From: an uncultured Bacteroidota bacterium
GTDB lineage: Bacteria; Bacteroidota; Bacteroidia; Flavobacteriales; Flavobacteriaceae
Length of the DNA: 64,000 nucleotides
Reading direction: 5' to 3'
Assembly (NCBI GenBank): GCA_902619315.1
Contig: CACNDW010000002.1
Span: 4,760 to 68,759, forward strand
Shown here one piece after another: positions 32,299 to 45,015 of the stretch (its first letter is position 1; each line of letters begins with the position of its first letter). The notes under the pieces were generated by a model, which was given only the letters and a program-made list of their open reading frames with translations, did no database searches and was not told the DNA's origin. The position numbers were made by a program, and so were the translations under genes.

Positions 32299-34045
32299 GA
32301 TTTTTATCGGTTTCTGGTTGTTCCTTTTTGGTTTCATTATTGCCGTTGCCCAAGATAAAGAAACTGATGATCTGGGCACTCAAGAAGTTACTGTGGTTAA
32401 ATCATACAGCCCCAGCCTTAAAAGTGTTTTTAAAATCCGAACCCCTCCCGGTATTGACGATTCTTTGGTTCAAAAAAAAATCAAGGTAGATTATACATTT
32501 GAATCTATACCTGTTCTCTCCACCTTCGTTCCCAACAAAGCTACCCCCCTAAAATTGCAACGCCAAGAAAGTTCGTTCTATCACAACTCTTATGTGATGG
32601 GGGGAATTGGAAATCAGTCCCATGTTCAATTCAATCTGTCGACAATGGTGCCCCTGGATCGAATGCAATCCATCGGTTTAGAATTTCTTTACAACAAAGT
32701 TGGAGCCATCGATCAAACTTTACTGAACAGTGACCAAAAAAGAACTTCTTTGAACTTGCTGCATCAATACAAACAAAACAATATGCGGGTGGATTCGGAT
32801 TTACGTTTTGATCGACAGGGACATAACTTTTTTGGATTGTATGATTTGGACTGGACAGAAATACCGTCTTTAAGACTGAATGAGACTGACCCTTCCCAAA
32901 ACCTTAATTACCTCTCAATCCGCTCCCGTTGGCAATGGTATGAAGGTCTTTTTAGTAAAGTCAATTTTAACACTCACATCACCACCGATTCATTTGATAG
33001 CACAGAACATATTGTCAAAATCAATTCCCAAATGAGGATTCCTTTTTTCAATCAATACCTGGAATTGATACCACACGTGGAGTTGATTAACACCGATTTT
33101 GTACGTGGCTATTACAATGATCAGATACTGGAATTTCAGAAAGGAATGGGCCGCATGGAGCTTAAGTTTTTGAGTGCTGGGAAAAAACTAAAACTTTTAT
33201 TGGGTGCCAAAGGGATCTACCCTTTTGGAGATATCGAAGAAGGCAATCCGATATTTTTTGTCTATCCTAAAGCAGAAATTTCTTACAAGTCCGGCAGTGG
33301 AAAATGGGTTCCCTTTATCAATTACAACGGCAGCTATGACCTTAACAGTTTTACAGCTTTCTCTCTCGAAAACCCCTTTGTGGCCCCCACCTTGACCATC
33401 AAACCCACCCAAGTGAATCATCATGGTGATCTTGGGTTTAATGCCTATCCAGGATCGGGATTATCTTTCAGGCTCAATGCCCATTACAGTCAGCACGACA
33501 ACTTCCCACTTTTTAAACGTTTGCCCTATGACCAAAACAATAAAGATATAGCTTACCGTTTGGCTAATGCCTATGAGGTTATTTATGACAATATTGAAAA
33601 AATGGCTATTGTAACCAGGATCGCAATGCGATTTAGCGAATACAATAAAATTAGTCTGGAAACGGGATATTTTAAATACATCAGAAATGGAGGTCAAAAA
33701 GTTTGGAACCTGCCCTCCCTTAAAATTGATTTTAATGCAAACCTAAGTTTGGGACGAAAATTATTTTTTCAAGTTGGAGGAAATTATATTGGGGATAGGG
33801 ATTCCGTCAGAAACCGAGTTGTTCCCTTGTCAGACAGCAGCAGCGGAAATTTTGAGACTATTGAATCTTTGGCATCGGTTTTTAATGTTTCATCTTCGAT
33901 TACTTGGAAAATTAATTCTCAATGGGACTTTTTCTACCAAGGAAAAATATTTCTCAGTGAGAATACATCTCGCTGGGCGTATTATGAAAACCAAAGTCAG
34001 GTCCATTTAGGAGGGGTGCGTTACAAATTCGATATTAATTTTTAA
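32285..34045 (+). CDS. Predicted outer-membrane beta-barrel protein of unknown function
   Basis: The track ORF runs 32255-34045. The likely start is ATG 32285 (MKYNKIFIGFWLFLFGFIIAVAQ signal), which overlaps the TPR gene end by 14 nt. The sequence has alternating amphipathic strands and ends in a C-terminal aromatic residue (...VRYKFDINF). Confidence 0.65.
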   Translation: MKYNKIFIGFWLFLFGFIIAVAQDKETDDLGTQEVTVVKSYSPSLKSVFKIRTPPGIDDSLVQKKIKVDYTFESIPVLSTFVPNKATPLKLQRQESSFYHNSYVMGGIGNQSHVQFNLSTMVPLDRMQSIGLEFLYNKVGAIDQTLLNSDQKRTSLNLLHQYKQNNMRVDSDLRFDRQGHNFFGLYDLDWTEIPSLRLNETDPSQNLNYLSIRSRWQWYEGLFSKVNFNTHITTDSFDSTEHIVKINSQMRIPFFNQYLELIPHVELINTDFVRGYYNDQILEFQKGMGRMELKFLSAGKKLKLLLGAKGIYPFGDIEEGNPIFFVYPKAEISYKSGSGKWVPFINYNGSYDLNSFTAFSLENPFVAPTLTIKPTQVNHHGDLGFNAYPGSGLSFRLNAHYSQHDNFPLFKRLPYDQNNKDIAYRLANAYEVIYDNIEKMAIVTRIAMRFSEYNKISLETGYFKYIRNGGQKVWNLPSLKIDFNANLSLGRKLFFQVGGNYIGDRDSVRNRVVPLSDSSSGNFETIESLASVFNVSSSITWKINSQWDFFYQGKIFLSENTSRWAYYENQSQVHLGGVRYKFDINF

Positions 34046-34117
34046 CAATTGGGAATCTAGAGGTTAAATATTTTAACAGTATTTATTTTAGTTTAATTTT
34101 GTGGTCATATTTTTTAA

Positions 34118-35746
34118 ATGAAAAAAATCCCCCTTTTTCTGCTCACCATTTTTTTTCTTGCCTCAGCATGTTCGAAGCGAGTTGATTTATTGGTTCACAA
34201 CGCCAAAATTTATACTGTAAATGCTGATTTTGATCAAGTGTCTGCTTTTGTAGTCAAGAATGGTAAATTCGTTGCAGTAGGTGGAGAGGATTTGGTTAAA
34301 AAGTACACTCCGACCAATACCGTTGATGCACAAGGTCTAGCTATTTTTCCAGGATTTATTGATGCTCACGGACATCTATTTTCTTTGGGTTTAAAAGAGT
34401 TTAAGGCTGATTTGAGAGATACTGAGGGAATTGATCAAATCATTGGAAAGATCAAACAACACCAAGGCAAATACAACCAAAAAATTCTTCTTGGATTTGG
34501 TTGGGACGAAAACCAATGGAGTGACTTTACATTTCTTGATAATCAAAAACTAAATAAGGCCTTTCCTGACATCCCTGTGGTTTTGGGACGCATTGATGGG
34601 CATGCTTATTTAGTCAATCAAAAGGCCCTTGAAATGTCTGGTATTAATTTACAAACAGAGGTAGAAGGAGGGCAAATTTTTAAACATAATGGAAAACTTA
34701 CTGGGCTGCTAGTGGACAACGCCATGCTATTGGTACAAAAGATCATTCCAGAATTTTCTAAAGAAGACAAAACCAAAGCATTGCTTAAGGCGCAAGAACT
34801 TAGTTTTGAAAATGGTTTGACAACCATTGATCAGGCGGGTATTTCTAAAAAGGACATTTATTTGATTGACAGTCTTCAAAAAGAAGAATTACTCAAACTA
34901 CGTATCTACGCAATGATCGAAAATGATCCACATTCAATTGATCATTTTATTCGAAATGGAAAACTAAAAACCGACCTTTTGAATGTCAATTCCGTTAAGG
35001 TCTTTGCAGACGGAGCATTAGGTTCCAGAGGGGCAGCCTTGATTGAAGATTATAGTGATCAAAAGGGATACAAAAGTAATTTGCTTATTCCCAGAGACTC
35101 ATTGATTCGTTTGGCCAATCTTTTATCAGAAAATGACTTTCAAATGAATACCCATGCAATTGGTGATGCTGCCAACAGGGCGGTTTTAGAGGTCTATAAC
35201 CAAGTGTTGGTTACAAAAGAAGACCCTCGATGGAGAATAGAACACGCCCAAGTTATTTCTGCAGAAGACTTCCCTATGTTTAATACTAAAATCATTCCTT
35301 CTGTTCAACCAATCCACGCAATAAGTGACAAGGATTGGGCTATCGATCGCTTAGGTGCCGAGCGATTAAAAAGCTCTTATGCTTATAAGGACTTGTTGGA
35401 TTGGTCTGGAGTCCTGGCATTGGGTACCGATTTCCCTGTCGAAGACATAAACCCCCTGGAAACTTTTTATGCCGCTGTTACTCGAAAAGTTCCTGGTGAA
35501 AAATCTTCAGAGGCTTTTCAGATCGAAAACGCGTTATCACGCTATGAGGCTTTGTTAGGTTTAACAAGCTGGGCGGCTTATGCCAATTTTGAAGAAAATG
35601 AAAAAGGTAGTATTGAAGTCGGTAAATTCGCAGACTTTATAATTTTAGACAGAGATATCATGAAGGTAAATATAGAAAGTGTTCTTCAAACCAGAATTGT
35701 TGCCACCATTCTCAACGGAAAAATTGTCTTCAGTAATCGGCTCTGA
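34118..35746 (+). CDS. Amidohydrolase-family (Amidohydro_3-like) metallohydrolase lipoprotein
   Basis: 542 aa with the lipobox FLASAC. Motifs include PGFIDAHGH, NTHAIGD and the C-terminal GSIEVGKFADFIILD, which is typical of this family. Confidence 0.8.
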   Translation: MKKIPLFLLTIFFLASACSKRVDLLVHNAKIYTVNADFDQVSAFVVKNGKFVAVGGEDLVKKYTPTNTVDAQGLAIFPGFIDAHGHLFSLGLKEFKADLRDTEGIDQIIGKIKQHQGKYNQKILLGFGWDENQWSDFTFLDNQKLNKAFPDIPVVLGRIDGHAYLVNQKALEMSGINLQTEVEGGQIFKHNGKLTGLLVDNAMLLVQKIIPEFSKEDKTKALLKAQELSFENGLTTIDQAGISKKDIYLIDSLQKEELLKLRIYAMIENDPHSIDHFIRNGKLKTDLLNVNSVKVFADGALGSRGAALIEDYSDQKGYKSNLLIPRDSLIRLANLLSENDFQMNTHAIGDAANRAVLEVYNQVLVTKEDPRWRIEHAQVISAEDFPMFNTKIIPSVQPIHAISDKDWAIDRLGAERLKSSYAYKDLLDWSGVLALGTDFPVEDINPLETFYAAVTRKVPGEKSSEAFQIENALSRYEALLGLTSWAAYANFEENEKGSIEVGKFADFIILDRDIMKVNIESVLQTRIVATILNGKIVFSNRL

Positions 35747-35906
35747 TATTGATTTGGTTTAAGATTTAAATTTTCTCCCTTTTTTTACCATATAACTTTT
35801 TTGTTTTTTAACATATAATTTTATTTCGATTAATTTTTTATATCATTTAAATAATTTAAATAAAAAAAATAATAAATTTTCATATTTTTGCTTTAAAATT
35901 TAAATA

Positions 35907-37571
35907 ATGTGTGGAATCGTATGTGCCTTTGATTTGAAAAAAGACTCTGAAACGCTCAGACCTCAAATACTAGAAATGTCGAAAAAACTCAGACACAGAG
36001 GCCCCGACTGGAGCGGTATTTACCATAGTAAAAACGCTATTTTGGGTCATGAAAGATTGGCAATTGTTGATCCCGCCTCTGGCAAGCAGCCCCTGTACAG
36101 CGTGGATGGAAGTATTGTTTTGGCGGCTAATGGAGAAATATATAACCACCTTGAATTGAGAAAAAAATTTGAGGGAAAATATACTTTTAAAACAGAATCG
36201 GATTGTGAAATAATTTTGGCCCTATATCAAGAAAAAGGAGCCGATTTTGTAGACGATCTTAACGGTATATTTGCCTTTGCAATTTACGACAGTAATCAAG
36301 ATAGTTATTTTATAGCCCGCGACCATATGGGAATCATTCCACTCTACATGGGATGGGACAAAGATGGCACCTTTTATGTGGCCTCTGAGTTGAAGGCTTT
36401 AGAAGGCATTTGCGTAAAAATAGAACTTTTCCCCCCCGGGCATTACATCATGAGTGGCTCCTCGAAACCAACTCAATGGTACAAGAGAGACTGGGTTGAT
36501 TTTGAAACTGTTAAGAACAACCCTACCCGTATTGAAGATTTACACAATGCACTATCTGAAGCAGTTCACAGACAACTGATGAGCGATGTGCCCTACGGTG
36601 TTCTGCTTTCCGGAGGTTTGGATTCGTCCATCACCTCGGCATTGGCCAAAAAGTTTTCCTCCAAACGTATTGAATCAGAGGACACTCAAGATGCCTGGTG
36701 GCCGCAATTGCATTCCTTTTCGGTAGGCTTGGAAGGTTCACCCGACTTGGCTGCCGCCAAAAAAGTTTCTGAACACATTGGTTCCATCCACCACGAGGTC
36801 ATTTTTACCATTCAAGAAGGTTTGGATGCTATAAAGGATGTCATCTACCATTTGGAAACCTATGATATTACTACCGTTAGGGCTTCCACCCCTATGTTTT
36901 TAATGGCCCGTAGTATCAAATCTCACGGAATCAAAATGGTACTATCTGGTGAAGGCGCCGATGAACTTTTTGGAGGTTATTTGTACTTTCATAAAGCCCC
37001 TTCAGCCGTGGAATTCCACAAAGAAACTGTCAGAAAACTCGACAAATTGCATCAATACGATTGTCTGAGGGCCAATAAATCTTTGGCGGCATGGGGAATA
37101 GAGGGGCGTGTCCCCTTTTTGGATAAAGAATTTATCGATGTTGCCATGCGAATCAATCCTCAAGATAAGATGATCAACAAGGAACGCATGGAAAAATGGG
37201 TAGTTCGCAAGGCGTTTGAGGACTATCTACCAGAAAGTGTTACTTGGAGACAAAAAGAGCAGTTTTCAGACGGTGTCGGCTACAATTGGATTGATACCCT
37301 CAAAGAAGTAGTTGAGGCTAAGGTATCTAATGAGCAAATGGATAATGCCCACTTTAGATTTCCATTGCAAACCCCTCAAAATAAGGAGGAGTTCTATTAC
37401 CGCTCTATTTTCGAAGAACACTTCTCTAGTGATGCAGCTGCATTGAGTGTCCCTTCTGTTCCATCGGTAGCCTGTAGTACCCCTGTTGCACTGGAGTGGG
37501 ACGCGGCTTTCAAAAATCAAAATGACCCCAGTGGAAGAGCAGTGGCCAAGGTTCACGACGATGCGTATTAG
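35907..37571 (+). CDS. asnB: Asparagine synthase (glutamine-hydrolysing)
   Basis: 554 aa with the N-terminal nucleophile MCGI, the PP-loop LLSGGLDSS and the motif SGEGADELFGGY. Confidence 0.92.
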   Translation: MCGIVCAFDLKKDSETLRPQILEMSKKLRHRGPDWSGIYHSKNAILGHERLAIVDPASGKQPLYSVDGSIVLAANGEIYNHLELRKKFEGKYTFKTESDCEIILALYQEKGADFVDDLNGIFAFAIYDSNQDSYFIARDHMGIIPLYMGWDKDGTFYVASELKALEGICVKIELFPPGHYIMSGSSKPTQWYKRDWVDFETVKNNPTRIEDLHNALSEAVHRQLMSDVPYGVLLSGGLDSSITSALAKKFSSKRIESEDTQDAWWPQLHSFSVGLEGSPDLAAAKKVSEHIGSIHHEVIFTIQEGLDAIKDVIYHLETYDITTVRASTPMFLMARSIKSHGIKMVLSGEGADELFGGYLYFHKAPSAVEFHKETVRKLDKLHQYDCLRANKSLAAWGIEGRVPFLDKEFIDVAMRINPQDKMINKERMEKWVVRKAFEDYLPESVTWRQKEQFSDGVGYNWIDTLKEVVEAKVSNEQMDNAHFRFPLQTPQNKEEFYYRSIFEEHFSSDAAALSVPSVPSVACSTPVALEWDAAFKNQNDPSGRAVAKVHDDAY

Positions 37572-37698
37572 TCAGGCTGTTATTTAGAAATTTTGAACTG
37601 AGTTTACTGTAATTTTTTTTCACATTTTTGTGTTAATAACTTCACTGGCTTAATCCCCTTTGATCCAGCATATTTACTGGTATTTTCAGTATATTTGA

Positions 37699-39675
<1,977 letters not shown>

Positions 39676-39788
39676 TTATAGAACTTCAATGGCTTAAATC
39701 CCATAAAACTATTAATTTTGAGTGGATTTAGAATTTAAAAACTCATATAGAGATTTAAAACAGCCAAGATTAATTTAAATTTACACAT

Positions 39789-40724
39789 GTGAAAGTAACC
39801 ATTGTTGGCGCTGGAAATGTAGGTGCCTCTTGTGCAGAATACATTGCTATAAAGTCGGTCGCTAGTGAAGTATTATTGTTAGATATCAAAGATGGTTTTG
39901 CCGAAGGTAAGGCACTGGATTTGATGCAAACTGCCACAACCTTAGGGTTTAATACCCGCGTCAAAGGTGTGACCAACGATTATTCCGCTACCAAAGACAG
40001 CGATGTGGTCGTGATTACTTCTGGAGTGCCAAGAAAACCAGGAATGACCCGTGAGGAATTGATCGGAATCAATGCCGGTATCGTGCAATCGGTTGCCAGC
40101 AGTATCTTGGATCATTCGCCCAATACCGTTATCGTAGTGGTTTCCAATCCTATGGATACCATGACCTATTTGACACTCAAGGCGACGGGATTGCCCAAAA
40201 ATCGTGTGATTGGTATGGGAGGAGCTTTAGACAGCTCCAGGTTTAAAACCTATCTCTCCTTGGCTTTGGACAAACCCGCCAACGACATCCAAGGGATGGT
40301 CATCGGTGGCCATGGAGACACCACCATGATTCCTTTAACCCGATTGGCCAGTTATAACGGTACACCGGTTTCTCAGCATCTTACTAATCAGGATTTGGAG
40401 CAAGTAGCCGCTTCTACTATGGTAGGAGGAGCAACCCTTACCAAATTATTGGGGACTTCTGCTTGGTATGCACCTGGTGCTTCTGTAGCCTATTTGGTGG
40501 ACAGTATTATCAATGATCAAAAAAGAATGATCCCTTGTTCGGTTCTTCTCGATGGAGAATACCAACAGGAAGATCTCTGTATTGGAGTACCTTGTATTAT
40601 TGGAAAAAATGGTTTGGAATCCATCGTAGATGTTCAACTCAATGAGGCGGAACAAGAAAAATTCAACCAAAGCGCTGCGGCGGTCAAAACCATGAATGAA
40701 GTACTTAAGGACGTGTTGAAATAA
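39789..40724 (+). CDS. mdh: Malate dehydrogenase (LDH-like family)
   Basis: 311 aa with a GTG start. Motifs are MKVTIVGAGNVG, ITSGVPRKPGMTREELI and GGHGDTM. Confidence 0.92.
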   Translation: MKVTIVGAGNVGASCAEYIAIKSVASEVLLLDIKDGFAEGKALDLMQTATTLGFNTRVKGVTNDYSATKDSDVVVITSGVPRKPGMTREELIGINAGIVQSVASSILDHSPNTVIVVVSNPMDTMTYLTLKATGLPKNRVIGMGGALDSSRFKTYLSLALDKPANDIQGMVIGGHGDTTMIPLTRLASYNGTPVSQHLTNQDLEQVAASTMVGGATLTKLLGTSAWYAPGASVAYLVDSIINDQKRMIPCSVLLDGEYQQEDLCIGVPCIIGKNGLESIVDVQLNEAEQEKFNQSAAAVKTMNEVLKDVLK

Positions 40725-40773
40725 GGCATTTGCGTTGACCGCTGTTTGTTCTGGGGTTTAATACGCTTTAAAG

Positions 40774-40804
40774 TTGCTAAATCATTGCCTAAACTTTATA
40801 TTTG
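40774..40804 (+). promoter_or_regulatory. Putative Bacteroidota sigmaA-type promoter upstream of secDF
   Basis: TTG at 40774-40776, a 20-nt spacer, then TATATTTG (TAnnTTTG) at 40797-40804. This is 31 nt upstream of the secDF ATG. Confidence 0.35.
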
Positions 40805-40834
40805 CACGCTTATTTAGCGTAAACAAAAACCAAA

Positions 40835-43801
40835 ATGCAAAATAACGGACTCATTAGACTCTTTGCGATCCTTTTTGGATTGGTGAGTATCTACCAACTT
40901 TCATTTACATTCATTACCAGTCAGAAAGAATCTCAGGCCAAGGCATTCGCTACTGCCCAGTATGCAGAAGATGTAGAGGATTACATCGAATTGAGGGATC
41001 GCGCTATGGTCAATTACCTTGATTCTATAGGTAATGCACCGATTTTTGGATTTACTTCCTACAATGATGCCAAGGGCAAAGAACTCAATAAAGGATTGGA
41101 CCTCAAAGGAGGTATCAACGTCATCCTGCAAATATCGGTCAAAGATATCCTTAAGGGATTGGCAGAAAATTCAAAAAACCCAGTATTCAACAAGGCGTTG
41201 GACCAAGCCGATATTTTGCAGGTCAGTAGTAACGATCCATACGTAGAATCTTTTTTCATTGCATTCGAATCCGTAAAAGGAGACTTGCAATTGGCTACAC
41301 CCGATATTTTTGCAAACCGCACGCTGAGCGATGAAATTACCTTTCAGATGTCGGATACCGAGGTACAGACCATTCTAAGGCGTAAGGTGGACGAGTCCAT
41401 TGTATCTGCCTTTGAGGTTTTAAGAAAGCGCATTGATAAGTTTGGAGTCACGCAACCCAACATACAAAGACTGGGAACTTCCGGTAGAATTTTGGTCGAA
41501 TTGCCTGGAGCCAAAGATGTGGATCGGGTCAAAAATCTATTACAAAGTACTGCCCAACTCGAATTTTGGGAAACTTATAAAAACGATCAGTTGTTTGGCT
41601 TTTTGTCCACCGCCAACGAATACCTTAAAACCACTGTTCAAACTTCTGCTCCCGATGAGGAGCCTGCCATCGATGAGTCTTCTATAGACGATCTGTTGGC
41701 TGATGTAGAGGCTAAAGATTCCACCAGTGTTGCCTCTGCCAATCCATTATTGGATTTGATCGTTGGGTCTGGTTTTCAAGGAGGACCGGTTTTGGCACAG
41801 TTTGCTGCTAAGGATGCCGACTTGGTTATGGGATATTTAGACATGCCCGAGGTTAGAAAGTTGTTGCCCAGAGATCTACGATACATACGTTTTGCCTGGG
41901 GGAAGCCTGCTACTAACAGTGATGTGATCGACTTATATGCTCTTAAGTCTAATCGGGATGACTTGGCACCGCTCAGCGGTGGGGTAGTGGTTGATGCCAT
42001 GCAAACATATGACATGATGGGCAATCCTGCCGTGTCCATGCAAATGAATACCCAAGGGGCTAGATCATGGGAAAACATGACCGGAAAAGCTTTTCGCGAA
42101 GCAACTAACATTGCCATCGTATTGGATGATATTGTGTATTCTGCACCTGGAGTATCCAATGGCGCGATTTCTGGGGGCCGTTCTGAGATCACTGGAAGTT
42201 TTTCCCTAAATGAAGCAATTGACTTGGCAAATGTATTGCGAGCTGGTAAACTTCCTGCTGCTGCTGAGATCATACAATCCGAAATCGTAGGACCCTCCTT
42301 GGGTAAAGAAGCCATACAAAGTGGGGTGTACTCGTTTATCATCGCACTGATATTGGTATTGGTCTGGATGGTTTTCTATTATGGTAGCGCTGGAATATAT
42401 GCCGATATCGCCTTGGTCCTAAACATACTTCTTATTTTTGGTATTCTCGCAGGTTTAGGTGCTGTATTGACTTTGCCAGGTATTGCTGGTATTGTACTGA
42501 CCATTGGTATATCAGTAGATGCTAACGTATTGATCTTCGAAAGAGTCAGAGAAGAGCTCAAAAAGGGGAAAGGTTTGAGAAAAGCTGTCGCAGATGGATT
42601 CAATAATGCACTTTCCTCTATCTTGGATGCCAACATAACTACAGGGCTGACTGCATTGATCCTCTTTGTTTTTGGTACAGGACCCATCAAAGGATTTGCA
42701 ACGACCCTATTAATCGGTATCGCAACTTCGCTCTTTACCGCCATTTTCATTACCCGTTTCTTTATCGATGCCCGAAACGAAAAAGGGAAATCCGTTGCTT
42801 TTGGTACCAGATTGACACAGTCCTTGTTCAGCAACATCAACGTTAGTTTTTTACAAAAGAGAAAAATTGCATATATCGTGTCGGGAATTATCGTTACGCT
42901 TAGTCTACTATCACTTTTCCTCCAGGGATTGAACCAAGGGGTAGATTTTGTTGGAGGACGTTCCTACACGATTAGATTTGACCAAATCATAAGCCCGTCT
43001 GAGATACAATCCAGTTTGATTCCCTCTCTAGGTAGTGCTGAGGTCAAAACATTTGGAGAAGAAAACCAATTGAAAATCACCACCAATTACAAGGTGGACG
43101 TGGAGGGCCTTGCCGTAGATAACGAAATTCAAAATGTTTTGTTTGAGTCACTTCAGTCTTTTCTTCCTGAGGGACTGACCTATGACAGTTTTGTCAACGG
43201 AGAAGAAGACAAGCAGGTGGGGATCATGTCGTCAATTAAAGTCGGACCCACCATTGCAGATGACATCAAGAAAAACTCCTTTTTAGCCGTTATCGGATCG
43301 CTCATCGTTGTCTTTCTCTATATACTTTTGCGATTTAGAAAATGGCAGTTTTCTCTAGGTGCTGTAGCTGCTGTATTCCACGATGTCTTGATCGTTTTAG
43401 GGATATTTTCTTTAACCTATAAAATCATGCCTTTTAATATGGAGATCAATCAGGCTTTTATTGCCGCGATTCTTACTGTAATTGGTTACTCTCTAAACGA
43501 TACGGTGGTTGTCTTTGACAGAATTCGTGAGTATGTTGGTGAACACACCAAATGGAAGTTTACCGATACGGTCAATGCTGCTCTAAACAGCACACTTAGC
43601 CGAACTCTAAATACTTCATTAACCACTTTGATAGTACTTCTCGCTATCTTTATTTTCGGAGGGGAATCCATCAGAGGTTTTATGTTTGCCTTGATTGTTG
43701 GGGTAATTGTTGGGACTTATTCTTCCGTCTTTATTGCAACTCCAGTGATGTTTGACACACAAAAAAATGGTAAAGCACTTGAGGGTGGAAATGAAAAGTA
43801 A
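40835..43801 (+). CDS. secDF: Protein translocase subunit SecDF (fusion)
   Basis: 988 aa with two six-helix membrane modules and a large periplasmic domain. SecD/SecF motifs include LDLKGGI, LGPSLG and the GFA/GF regions. Confidence 0.92.
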   Translation: MQNNGLIRLFAILFGLVSIYQLSFTFITSQKESQAKAFATAQYAEDVEDYIELRDRAMVNYLDSIGNAPIFGFTSYNDAKGKELNKGLDLKGGINVILQISVKDILKGLAENSKNPVFNKALDQADILQVSSNDPYVESFFIAFESVKGDLQLATPDIFANRTLSDEITFQMSDTEVQTILRRKVDESIVSAFEVLRKRIDKFGVTQPNIQRLGTSGRILVELPGAKDVDRVKNLLQSTAQLEFWETYKNDQLFGFLSTANEYLKTTVQTSAPDEEPAIDESSIDDLLADVEAKDSTSVASANPLLDLIVGSGFQGGPVLAQFAAKDADLVMGYLDMPEVRKLLPRDLRYIRFAWGKPATNSDVIDLYALKSNRDDLAPLSGGVVVDAMQTYDMMGNPAVSMQMNTQGARSWENMTGKAFREATNIAIVLDDIVYSAPGVSNGAISGGRSEITGSFSLNEAIDLANVLRAGKLPAAAEIIQSEIVGPSLGKEAIQSGVYSFIIALILVLVWMVFYYGSAGIYADIALVLNILLIFGILAGLGAVLTLPGIAGIVLTIGISVDANVLIFERVREELKKGKGLRKAVADGFNNALSSILDANITTGLTALILFVFGTGPIKGFATTLLIGIATSLFTAIFITRFFIDARNEKGKSVAFGTRLTQSLFSNINVSFLQKRKIAYIVSGIIVTLSLLSLFLQGLNQGVDFVGGRSYTIRFDQIISPSEIQSSLIPSLGSAEVKTFGEENQLKITTNYKVDVEGLAVDNEIQNVLFESLQSFLPEGLTYDSFVNGEEDKQVGIMSSIKVGPTIADDIKKNSFLAVIGSLIVVFLYILLRFRKWQFSLGAVAAVFHDVLIVLGIFSLTYKIMPFNMEINQAFIAAILTVIGYSLNDTVVVFDRIREYVGEHTKWKFTDTVNAALNSTLSRTLNTSLTTLIVLLAIFIFGGESIRGFMFALIVGVIVGTYSSVFIATPVMFDTQKNGKALEGGNEK

Positions 43802-43897
43802 CGCAAAATGTCTTTATTTTCACGTTTGCTTCATATCATCTCGAAGAAACATACTCAAATGAAATCAGCTCTTAATTTCAATCATAACATGAGAGAG

Positions 43898-44728
43898 TTA
43901 TGAACTTTTTTTAAAAAACGACAGGGCTGAGGTAACGAGACCAAACGTAATAAAAGGAATACTTAACCATTGACCAGTAGACAAGGCAGGAAAAATTTCT
44001 TCAAACCCTCCTTGACTTTCTTTTACATACTCAACAAAAAAACGGATAGTAAAAGTTCCTGCGAAATAAAGACCCATGAGGAATCCCCCTTGATCTCTAT
44101 ATCTACTATTGTAGATTTTCTTGAGTACAAGAAAAAGAATAAAGTAGCCAAATGCCTCATACATTTGAGCAGGGTATCTTGGAAGTATTTCGCCTCTATT
44201 TTCGAAAACAACTCCAAAATTAGAACCGGTATATTTACCAACAATTTCTGAGTTAAAAAAGTTTCCAGTGCGGATAAAAACCCCACCAATGGCAGCGGGA
44301 ATAGTCAATCGATCGAGGATCCAAATCAGTGGTTTGAAGGGATTAAGTTTTTGAAAGATAAAAATACCTGTTAATACACCGATAGCAGCTCCGTGACTTG
44401 CTAATCCTCTGAAACCAATGAATGAGTAACCACCATCTGCTTTTTCCTTGATTGGGAGTAAAATTTCTAGTAAATGGTTTTGAAAATAATCCCAATTGTA
44501 AAAAAAGACTTCCCCCAGTCGAGCACCTAGTAGGGTTGAGATAACCATGTAAATAAACATGGGTTCCAAATATTTTTGATCGACATTTTCTTTTATGAAC
44601 ATCTTTTTATAGAGGCGTAAACCCAATAAAAAAGCGATGATGAACATTAAGCTATAAATGTGGATGCCAAAGCCACCTATTTCGAATAATTTTTCGTTGG
44701 GTGCCCAATTGAACTTGAGATAGGTCAT
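43898..44728 (-). CDS. lgt: Prolipoprotein diacylglyceryl transferase
   Basis: 276-aa polytopic membrane protein with the motifs GARLGEVFFY, HGAAIG and PAQMYEA. Confidence 0.85.
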   Translation of the reverse strand: MTYLKFNWAPNEKLFEIGGFGIHIYSLMFIIAFLLGLRLYKKMFIKENVDQKYLEPMFIYMVISTLLGARLGEVFFYNWDYFQNHLLEILLPIKEKADGGYSFIGFRGLASHGAAIGVLTGIFIFQKLNPFKPLIWILDRLTIPAAIGGVFIRTGNFFNSEIVGKYTGSNFGVVFENRGEILPRYPAQMYEAFGYFILFLVLKKIYNSRYRDQGGFLMGLYFAGTFTIRFFVEYVKESQGGFEEIFPALSTGQWLSIPFITFGLVTSALSFFKKSS

Positions 44729-44786
44729 TATTAATTGGATTGTTTGTTAAATGTAATCATTGTGATGCAGTTGACAACAGAAAAAG

Positions 44787-45011
44787 TTAGGGAACTGGAT
44801 CATAACCACTTTTTCCCCATGGGTGGCACTTTGCTATTCTCTTAAGGGTCAAATATAAACCCATTACTGGTCCATGTCGGCGAAATGCTTCAACTCCATA
44901 GTGGGAACAAGATGGAGAAAACCTGCAAGTGGGGGGGGTAAGGGGAGAGATCAATATTTGATAAATCTTAATTAGTAGGACAAAAGGAAAAATTAGTATG
45001 TTTCTTAACAT
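44787..45011 (-). CDS. yidD: Membrane protein insertion efficiency factor YidD
   Basis: The conserved core is [59 protein letters not shown] chose the internal ATG at 45011 (MLRNIL...) because the track start at 45068 overlaps cysS. Confidence 0.85.
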   Translation of the reverse strand: MLRNILIFPFVLLIKIYQILISPLTPPTCRFSPSCSHYGVEAFRRHGPVMGLYLTLKRIAKCHPWGKSGYDPVP

Positions 45012-45015
45012 AACT

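Noticed and set aside
41776-42840. 188-aa and 153-aa minus-strand ORFs inside secDF
   Set aside because: They are antisense to the well-supported secDF frame. They are shadow ORFs typical of the region.
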